Below the pieces are notes generated by a model, which was not told where the DNA came from, did no database searches, and worked only from the letters and a program-made list of their open reading frames with translations. From assembly GCA_964016885.1 (NCBI GenBank), contig OZ024741.1:5890001-5954000 (forward strand): 64,000 bases of DNA, in the 5' to 3' direction. Source of the DNA: Eledone cirrhosa. Taxonomy: Eukaryota. A program made the translations under genes and the position numbers. Numbering within the stretch: the first letter of the stretch is position 1; each line of letters opens with the position of its first letter. Positions 1 through 11,900 of the stretch are shown here, piece by piece.

Positions 1-3000
1 TATCTCAGATGTGAAGGTCTTACTAACATGTCACCCCTAACACTAATTACCTAACAGAATATCTCAGCTGTGAAGGTCTTACTAACGTGTGACGCCTAAT
101 ACTAATTATCTCACAGAATATCTCAGATGTGAAGGTCTTAATAACATGTCACCCCTAACACTAATTACCTCACAGAATATCTCAGTTGTGAAGGTCTTAC
201 TAACATGTCACCCCTAACAATAATTACCTCACAGAATATCTCAGTTGTGAAGGTCTAATTAACATGTCACCCCTAACACTAATTACCTCACAGAATATCT
301 CAGATGTGAAGGTCTTTCTAACATGTCATCCCTAACACTAATTACCTCACAAAATATCTCAGCCGTGAAAGTCTTACTAACATGTCACCCCGAACACTAA
401 TTACATCACAGAATGTCTTAATTGTGAAGGTCTTACTAACATGTCACCCCTAACACTAATTACATCACAGAATATCTCAATTGTGAAGGTCTTATTAACA
501 TGTCACCCCTAACACTAATTACCTCACACAATATCTCAGCTGTGAAGGTCTAATTAACATGTCACCCCTAACACTAATTACCTCACAGAATATCTCAACT
601 GTGAAGGTCTTACTAACATGTCACCCCTAACACTAATTATCTCACAGAATATCTCAGATGTGAAGGTCTTACTAACATGTCACCCCTAACACTAATTATC
701 TCACAGAATATCTCAGCTGTGAAGGTCTTACTAACATGTCACCCCTAACACTAATTATCTCACAGAATATCTCAGATGTGAAGGTCTTACTAACATGTCA
801 CCCCTAACACTAATTATCTCACAGAATATCTCAACTGTGAAGGTCTTACTAACATGTCACCCCTAACACTAATTATCTCACAGGATATCTCAGATGTGAA
901 GGTCTTACTAACATGTCACCCCTAACACTAATTATCTCACAGAATATCTCAGTTGTGAAGGTCTTACTAACATGTCACCCCTAACACTAATTACCTCACA
1001 GAATATATCAGATGTGAAGGTCTTACTAACATGTCACCCCTAACACTAATTATCTCACAGAATATCTCAACTGTGAAGGTCTTACTAACATGTCACCCCT
1101 AACAGTAATTATCTCACAGAATATCTCAGATGTGAATGTCTTACTAACATGTCACCCCTAACACTAATTATCTCACAGAATATCTCAGCAGTGAAGGTCT
1201 TACTAACATGTCACCCCTAACACTAATTACCTCACAGAATATCTCAGCTGTGAAGGTCTTACTAACATGTCACCCCTAACACTAATTATCTCACAGAATA
1301 TCTCAGATGTGAAGGTCTTACTAACATGTCACACCTAACACTAATTATCTCACAGAATATCTCAGATGTGAAGGTCTTACTAACATGTCACCCCTAACAC
1401 TAATTATCTCACAAAATATCTCAGATGTGAAGGTCTTACTAACATGTCACCCCTAACACTAATTACCTCACAGAATATCTCAGCTGTGAAGGTCTTACTA
1501 ACATGTCACCCCTAACACGAATTACCTCACACAATATCTCAACAGTGAAGGTCTTACTAACATGTCACCCCTAACACTAATTACCTCACAGAATATCTCA
1601 GCTGTGAAGGTCTTACTAACATATCATCCCTAACACTAATTACCTCACAGAATATCTCAGCTGTGAAGGTCTTACTAACATGTCACCCCTAACACTAATT
1701 ACCTCAGAGAATATCACAGCTGTGAAGGTCTTACTAACATGTCACCCCTAACACTAATTATCTCACACAATATCTCAGTTGTGAAGGTCTTACTAACATG
1801 TCACCCCTAACACTAATTACATCACAGAATATCTCAGCTGTGAAGGTCTAATTAACATGTCACCCCTAACACTAATTACCTCACACAATATCTCAGATGT
1901 GAAGGTCTTACTAACATGTCACCCCTAACACTAATTACCTCACAGAGTATCTTAGATGTGAAGGTCTTACTAACATGTCACCCCTAACACTAATTACCTC
2001 ACAGAATATCTCAACTGTGAAGGTCTTACTAACATGTCACCCCTAACACTAATTACCTCACATAGTATCTTAGATGTGAAGGTCTTACTAACATGTCACC
2101 CCTAACACTAATTACCTCACAGAATATCTCAGATGTGAAGGTCTAATTAACATGTCACCCCTAACACTAATTACCTCACAGAGTATCTTAGATGTGAAGG
2201 TATAACTAACATGTCACCCCTAACACTAATTACCTCACAGAATATCTCAGATGTGAAGGTCTTACTAACATGTCACCCCTAACACTAATTACCTCACAGA
2301 ATATCTCAACTGTGAAGGTCTTACTAACATGTCACCCCTAACACTAATTATCTCACAGAATATCTCAGCTGTGAAGGTCTTACTAACATGTCACCCCTAA
2401 CACTAATTACCTCACAGAATATCTCAGATGTGAAGGTCTTACTAACATGTCACCCCTAACACTAATTATCTCACAGAATATCTCAGATGTGAATGTCTTA
2501 CTAACATGTCACCCCTAACACTAATTATCTCACACAATATCTCAGATGTGAAGGTCTTACTAACATGTCACCCCCAACACTAATTATCTCACAGAATATC
2601 TCAGATGTGAAGGTCTTACTAACATGTCACCCCTAACACTAATTACCTAACAGAATATCTCAGCTGTGAAGGTCTTACTAACGTGTGACGCCTAATACTA
2701 ATTATCTCACAGAATATCTCAGATGTGAAGGTCTTAATAACATGTCACCCCTAACACTAATTACCTCACAGAATATCTCAGTTGTGAAGGTCTTACTAAC
2801 ATGTCACCCCTAACAATAATTACCTCACAGAATATCTCAGCTGTGAAGGTCTAATTAACATGTCACCCCTAACACTAATTACCTCACAGAATATCTCAGA
2901 TGTGAAGGTCTTACTAACATGTCATCCCTAACACTAATTACCTCACAAAAGATCTCAGCTGTGAAGGTCTTACTAACATGTCACCCCTAACACTAATTAC

Positions 3001-6000
3001 CTCACAAAATATCTCAGTCGTGAAAGTCTTACTAACATGTCACCCCTAGCACTAATTACATCACAGAATATCTTAATTGTGAAGGTCTTACTAACATGTC
3101 ACCCCTAACACTAATTATCTCATAGAATATCTCAACTGTGAAGGTCTTACTAACATGTCACCCCTAACACTAATTACCTCACAGAATATCTCAGATGTGA
3201 AGGTCTTACTAACATGTCACCCCTAACACTAATTATCTCACAGAATATCTCAACTGTGAAGGTCTTACTAACATGTCACCCCTAACACTAATTATCTCAC
3301 AGAATATCTCAGATGTGAATGTCTTACTAACATGTCACCCCTAACACTAATTATCTCACAAAATATCTCAGCTGTGAAGGTCTTACTAACATGTCACCCC
3401 TAACACTAATTACCTCACAGAATATCTCAGCTGTGAAGGTCTTACTAACATGTCACCCCTAACACTAATTATCTCACAGAATATCTCAGATGTGAAGGTC
3501 TTACTAACATGTCACCCCTAACACTAATTATCTCACAGAATATCTCAGATGTGAAGGTCTTACTAACATGTCACCCCTAACACTAATTACCTCACAGAAT
3601 ATCTCAGCTGTGAAGGTCTTACTAACATGTCACCCCTAACACGAATTACCTCACACAATATCTCAACTGTGAAGGTCTTACTAACATGTCACCCCTAACA
3701 CTAATTACCTCACAGAATATCTCAGCTGTGAAGGTCTTACTAACATATCATCCCTAACACTAATTACCTCACAGAATATCTCAGCTGTGAAGGTCTTACT
3801 AACATGTCACCCCTAACACTAATTACCTCAGAGAATATCACAGCTGTGAAGGTCTTACAAACATGTCACTCCTAACACTAATTATCTCACACAATATCTC
3901 AGTTGTGAAGGTCTTACTAACATGTCACCCCTAACACTAATTACATCACAGAATATCTCAGCTGTGAAGGTCTAATTAACATGTCACCCCTAACACTAAT
4001 TACCTCACACAATATCTCAGATGTGAAGGTCTTAAAACATGTCACCCCTAACACTAATTACCTCACAGAGTATCTTAGATGTGAAGGTCTTACTAACATG
4101 TCACCGCTAACACTAATTACCTCACAGAATATCTCAACTGTGAAGGTCTTACTAACATGTCACCCCTAACACTAATTACCTCACAGAGTATCTTAGATGT
4201 GAAGGTCTTACTAACATGTCACCCCTAACACTAATTACCTCACAGAATATCTCAGATGTGAAGGTCTAATTAACATGTCACCCCTAACACTAATTACCTC
4301 ACAGAGTATCTTAGATGTGAAGGTATTACTAACATGTCACCCCTAACACTAATTACCTCACAGAATATCTCAGATGTGAAGGTCTTACTAACATGTCACC
4401 CCTAACACTAATTACCTCACAGAATATCTCAACTGTGAAGGTCTTACTAACATGTCACCCCTAACACTAATTATCTCACAGAATATCTCAGCTGTGAAGG
4501 TCTTACTAACATGTCACCCCTAACACTAATTACCTCACAGAATATCTCAGATGTGAAGGTCTTACTAACATGTCACCCCTAACACTAATTATCTCACAGA
4601 ATATCTCAGATGTGAATGTCTTACTAACATGTCACCCCTAACACTCATTATCTCACACAATATCTCAGATGTGAAGGTGTTACTAACATGTCACCCCCAA
4701 CACTAATTATCTCACAGAATATCTCAGATGTGAAGGTCTTACTAACATGTCACCCCTAACACTAATTACCTAACAGAATATCTCAGCTGTGAAGGTCTTA
4801 CTAACATGTGACGCCTAATACTAATTATCTCACAGAATATCTCAGTTGTGAAGGTCTTACTAACATGTCACCCCTAACACTAATTACCTCACAAAATATC
4901 TCAGTTGTGAAAGTCTTACTAACATGTCACCCCTAGCACTAATTACATCACAGAATATCTTAATTGTGAAGGTCTTACTAACATGTCACCCGTAACACTA
5001 ATTACCTCACACAATATCTCAGCTGTGAAGGTCTAATTAACATGTCACCCCTAACACTAATTACCTCAAAGAATATCTCAACTCTGAAGGTCTTACTAAC
5101 ATGTCACCCCTAACACTAATTATCTCACAGGATATCTCAGATGTGAAGGTCTTACTAACATGTCACCCCTAACACTAATTATCTCACAGAATATCTCAGT
5201 TGTGAAGGTCTTACTAACATGTCACCCCTAACACTAATTACCTCACAGAATATCGCAGCTGTGAAGGTCTTACTAACATGTCACCTCTAACACTAATTAC
5301 CTCACAGAATATCTCAGCTGTGAAGGTCTTACTAACATGTCACCCCTAACACTAATTATCTCACAGAATATCTCAGATGTGAAGGTCTTACTAACATGTC
5401 ACACCTAACACTAATTATCTCACAGAATATCTCAGATGTGAAGGTCTTACTAACATGTCACCCCTAACACTAATTATCTCACAGAATATCTCAGATGTGA
5501 AGGTCTTACTAACATGTCACCCCTAACACTAATTACCTCACAGAATATCTCAGCTGTGAAGGTCTTACTAACATGTCACCCCTAACACGAATTACCTCAC
5601 ACAATATCTCAACTGTTAAGGTCTTACTAACATGTCACCCCTAACACTAATTACCTCACAGAATATCTCAGCTGTGAAGGTCTTACTAACATATCATCCC
5701 TAACACTAATTACCTCACAGAATATCTCAGCTGTGAAGGTCTTACTAACATGTCACCCCTAAAACTAATTACCTCAGAGAATATCACAGCTGTGAAGGTC
5801 TTACTAACATGTCACCCCTAACACTAATTATCTCACACAATATCTCAGTTGTGAAGGTCTTACTAACATGTCACCCCTAACACTAATTACATCACAGAAT
5901 ATCTCAGCTGTGAAGGTCTAATTAACATGTCACCCCTAACACTAATTACCTCACAGAATATCTCAGATGTGAAGGTCTTACTAACATGTCACCCCTAACA

Positions 6001-9000
6001 CTAATTACCTCACAGAATATCTCAACTGTGAAGGTCTTACTAACATGTCACCCCTAACACTAATTATCTCACAGAATATCTCAGCTGTGAAGGTCTTACT
6101 AACATGTCACCCCTAACACTAATTACCTCACAGAATATCTCAGATGTGAAGGTCTTACTAACATGTCACCCCTAACACTAATTATCTCACAGAATATCTC
6201 AGATGTGAATGTCTTACTAACATGTCACCCCTAACACTAATTATCTCACACAATATCTCAGATGAGAAGGTCTTACTAACATGTCACCCCCAACACTAAT
6301 TATCTCACAGAATATCTCAGATGTGAAGGTCTTACTAACATGTCACCCCTAACACTAATTACCTAACAGAATATCTCAGCTGTGAAGGTCTTACTAACGT
6401 GTGACGCCTAATACTAATTATCTCACAGAATATCTCAGATGTGAAGGTCTTAATAACATGTCACCCCTAACACTAATTACCTCACAGAATATCTCAGTTG
6501 TGAAGGCCTTACTAACATGTCACCCCTAACAATAATTACCTCACAGAATATCTCAGCTGTGAAGGTCTAATTAACATGTCACCCCTAACACTAATTACCT
6601 CACAGAATATCTCAGATCTGAAGGTCTTACTAACATGTCATCCCTAACACTAATTACCTCACAAAAGATCTCAGCTGTGAAGGTCTTACTAACATGTCAC
6701 CCCTAACACTAATTACCTCACAAAATATCTCAGTTGTGAAAGTCTTACTAACATGTCACCCCTAGCACTAATTACATCACAGAATATCTTAATTGTGAAG
6801 GTCTTACTAACATGTCACCCCTAACACTAATTATCTCACAGAATATCACAACTGTGAAGGTCTTACTAACACGTCACCCCTAACACTAATTATCTCGCAG
6901 GATATCTCAGATGTGAAGGTCTTACTAACAAGTCACCCCTAACACTAATTATCTCACAGAATATCTCAGTTGTGAAGGTCTTACTAACATGTCACCCCTA
7001 ACACTAATTACATCACAGAATATCTCAACTGTGAAGGTCTTACTAACATGTCACCCCTAACACTAATTACCTCACAGTGTATCTTAGATGTGAAGGTCTT
7101 ACTAACATGTCACCCCTAACACTAATTACCTCACAGAATATCTCAGATGTGAAGGTCTAATTAACATGTCACCCCTAACACTAATTACCTCACAGAGTAT
7201 CTTAGATGTGAAGGTATTACTAACATGTCACCCCTAACACTAATTACCTCACAGAATATCTCAGATGTGAAGGTCTTACTAACATGTCACCCCTAACACT
7301 AATTACCTCACAGAATATCTCAACTGTGAAGGTCTTACTAACATGTCACCCCTAACACTAATTATCTCACAGAATATGTCAGCTGTGAAGGTCTTACTAA
7401 CATGTCACCCCTAACACTAATTACCTCACAGAATATCTCAGATGTGAATGTCTTACTAACATGTCACCCCTAACACTCATTATCTCACACAATATCTCAG
7501 ATGTGAAGGTGTTACTAACATGTCACCCCAACACTAATTATCTCACAGAATATATCAGATGTGAAGGTCTTACTAACATGTCACCCCTAACACTAATTAC
7601 CTAACAGAATATCTCAGCTGTGAAGGTCTTACTAACATGTGACGCCTAATACTAATTATCTCACAGAATATCTCAGTTGTGAAGGTCTTACTAACATGTC
7701 ACCCCTAACACTAATTACCTCACAAAATATCTCAGTTGTGAAAGTCTTACTAACATGTCACCCCTAGCACTAATTACATCACAGAATATCTTAATTGTGA
7801 AGGTCTTACTAACATGTCACCCGTAACACTAATTACCTCACACAATATCTCAGCTGTGAAGGTCTAATTAACATGTCACCCCTAACACTAATTACCTCAA
7901 AGAATATCTCAACTCTGAAGGTCTTACTAACATGTCACCCCTAACATTAATTACCTCACAGAATATCTAAGCTGTGCAGGTCTTACAAACATGTCACCCC
8001 TAACACTGATTACCTCACACAATATCTCAGCTGTGAAGGTCTTACTAACATGTCACCCCTAACACTAATTATCTCACAGAATATCTCAACTGTGAAGGTC
8101 TTACTAACATGTCACCCCTAACACTAATTATTTCACAGAATATCTCAGCTGTGAAGGTCTTACGAACATGTCACCCCTAACACTAATTATCTCACAGAAT
8201 ATCTCAGCTGTGAACGTCTTACTAACATGTCACCCCTAACACGAATTACCTCACACAATATCTCAACTGTGAAGGTCTTACTAACATGTCACCCCTAACA
8301 CTAATTACCTCACAGAATATCTCAGCTGTGAAGGTCTTACTAACATATCATCCCTAACACTAATTACCTCACAGAATATCTCAGCTGTGAAGGTCTTACT
8401 AACATGTCACCCCTAACACTAATTACCTCAGAGAATATCACAGCTGTGAAGGTCTTACTAACATGTCACCCCTAACACTAATATTCTCACACAATATCTC
8501 AGTTGTGAAGGTCTTACTAACATGTCAACCCTAACACTAATTACATCACAGAATATCTCAGGTGTGAAGGTCTAATTAACATGTCACCCCTAACACTAAT
8601 TACCTCACACAATATCTCAGATGTGAAGGTCTTACTAACATGTCACCCCTAACACTAATTACCTCACAGAGTATCTTAAATGTGAAGGTCTTACTAACTT
8701 GTCACCCCTAACACTAATTACCTCACAGAATATCTCAACTGTGAAGGTCTTACTAACATGTCACCCCTAACACTAATTACCTCACAGAGTATCTTAGATG
8801 TGAAGGTCTTACTAACATGTCACCCCCAACACTAATTACCTCACAGAATATCTCAGATGTGAAGGTCTAATTAACATGTCACCCCTAACACTAATTACCT
8901 CACAGAGTATCTTAGATGTGAAGGTCTTACTAACATGTCACCCCTAACACTAATTACCTCACAGAATATCTCAGATGTGAAGGTCTTACTAACATGTCAC

Positions 9001-11900
9001 CCCTAACACTAATTACCTCACAGAATATCTCAACTGTGAAGGTCTTACTAACATGTCACCCCTAACACAAATTATCTCACAGAATATCTCATCTGTGAAG
9101 GTCTTACTAACATGTCACCACTAACACTAATTACCTCACAGAATATCTCAGATGTGAAGGTCTTACTAACATGTCACCCCTAACACTAATTATCTCACAG
9201 AATATCTCAGATGTGAATGTCTTACTAACATGTCACCCCTAACACTAATTATCTCACACAATATCTCAGATGTGAAGGTCTTACTAACATGTCACCCCCA
9301 ACACTAATTATCTCACAGAATATCTCAGATGTGAAGGTCTTACTAACATGTCACCCCTAACACTAATTACCTAACAGAATATCTCAGCTGTGAAGGTCTT
9401 ACTAACATGTGACCCCTAACACTAATTATCTCACAGAATATCTCAGATGTGAAGGTCTTAATAACATGTCACCCCTAACACTAATTATCTCACACAATAT
9501 CTCAGATGTGAAGGTCTTACTAACATGTCACCCCTAACACTAATTACCTCACAGAATATCTCAGTTGTGAAGGTCTTACTAACATGTCACCCCTAACACT
9601 AATTACCTCACAGAATATCTCAGATGTGAAGGTCTTTCTAACATGTCATCCCTAACACTAATTACCTCACAAAATATCTCAGCTGTGAAGGTCTTATTAA
9701 CATGTCACCCCTAACACTAATTACCTCACAAAATATCTCAGTTGTGAAAGTCTTACTAACATGTCACCCCTAACACTAATTACATCACAGAATGTCTTAA
9801 TTGTGAAGGTCTTACTAACATGTCACCCCTAACACTAATTACATCACAGAATATCTCAATTGTGAAGGTCTTATTAACATGTCACCCCTAACACTAATTA
9901 CCTCACACAATATCTCAGCTGTGAAGGTCTAATTAACATGTCACCCCTAACACTAATTACCTCGCAGAATATCTCAACTGTGAAGGTCTTACTAACATGT
10001 CACCCCTAACACTAATTATCTCACAGAATATCTCAGATGTGAAGGTCTTACTAACATGTCACCCCTAACACTAATTATCTCACAGAATATCTCAGCTGTG
10101 AAGGTCTTACTAACATGTCACCCCTAACACTAATTATCTCACAGAATATCTCAGATGTGAAGGTCTTACTAACATGTCACCCCTAACACTAATTATCTCA
10201 CAGAATATCTCAACTGTGAAGGTCTTACTAACATGTCACCCCTAACACTAATTATCTCACAGAATATCTCAGATGTGAATGTCTTACTAACATGTCACCC
10301 CTAACACTAATTATCTCACAGAATATCTCAGCTGTGAAGGTCTTACTAACATGTCACCCCTAACACTAATTATCTCACAGAATATCTCAGATGTGAAGGT
10401 CTTACTAACATGTCACCCCTAACACTAATTATCTCACAGAATATCTCAGATGTGAAGGTCTTACTAACATGTCACCCCTAACACTAATTACCTCACAGAA
10501 TATCTCAGATGTGAAGGTCTTACTAACATGTCACCCCTAACACTAATTATCTCACAGAATATCTCAGATGTGAAGGTCTTACTGACATGTCACCCCTAAC
10601 ACTAATTACCTCACAGAATATCTCAGCTGTGAAGGTCTTACTAACATGTCACCCCTAACACTAATTATCTCACAGAATATCTCAGATGTGAAGGTCTTAC
10701 TAACATGTCACACCTAACACTAATTATCTCACAGAATATCTCAGATGTGAAGGTCTTACTAACATGTCACCCCTAACACTAATTATCTCACAGAATATCT
10801 CAGATGTGAAGGTCTTACTAACATGTCACCCCTAACACTAATTACCTCACAGAATATCTCAGCTGTGAAGGTCTTACTAACATGTCACCCCTAACACGAA
10901 TTACCTCACACAATATCTCAACTGTGAAGGTCTTACTAACATGTCACCCCTAACACTAATTACCTCACAGAATATTTCAGCTGTGAAGGTCTTACTAACA
11001 TATCATCCCTAACACTAATTACCTCACAGAATATCTCAGCTGTGAAGGTCTTACTAACATGTCACCCCTAACACTAATTACCTCAGAGAATATCACAGCT
11101 GTGAAGGTCTTACTAACATGTCACCCCTAACACTAATTATCTCACACAATATCTCAGTTGTGAAGGTCTTACTAACATGTCACCCCTAATACTAATTACA
11201 TCACAGAATATCTCAGCTGTGAAGGTCTAATTAACATGTCACCCCTAACACTAATTACCTCACACAATATCTCAGATGTGAAGGTCTTACTAACATGTCA
11301 CCCCTAACACTAATTACCTCACAGAATATCTCAACTGTGAAGGTCTTACTAACATGTCACCCCTAACACTAATTACCTCACAGAATATCTCAGATGTGAA
11401 GGTCTAATTAACATGTCACCCCTAACACTAATTACCTCACAGAGTATCTTAGAAATGAAGGTCTTACTAACATGTCACCCCTAACACTAATTACCTCACA
11501 GAATATCTCAGATGTGAAGGTCTTACTAACATGTCACCCCTAACACTAATTACCTCACAGAATATCTCAACTGTGAAGGTCTTACTAACATGTCACCCCT
11601 AACACTAATTATCTCACAGAATATCTCAGATGTGAAGGTCTTACTAACATGCCACCCCTAACACTAATTATCTCACAGAATATCTCAGGTGTGAATGTCT
11701 TACTAACATGTCACCCCTAACACTAATTATCTCACACGATATCTCAGATGTGAAGGTCTTACTAACATGTCACCCCCAACACTAATTATCTCACAGAATA
11801 TCTCAGATGTGAAGGTCTTACTAACATGTCACCCCTAACACTAATTATCTCACAGAATATCTCAGCTGTGAAGGTCTTACTAACATGTCACCCCTAACAC
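1..11900 (+). repeat. Irregular higher-order repeat domain (variant cassette recurring at about 21-45 monomer spacing)
   Basis: Marker GACGCCTAAT at 91, 2687, 4810, 6403 and 7641 (spacings 44x59, 36x59-1, 27x59, 21x59-1). Marker ACACGAATT (CGA at 1518, 3642, 5588, 8242, 10897), each followed by the same ordered variants CATATCATCC and GAGAATATCACAG. Confidence 0.85.

Noticed and set aside
3981-4169. 62-aa ORF
   Set aside because: It is translated satellite. A 1-bp deletion near 4035 (CTTAAAACAT) shifts the frame past the TAA stops, and there is no gene context.
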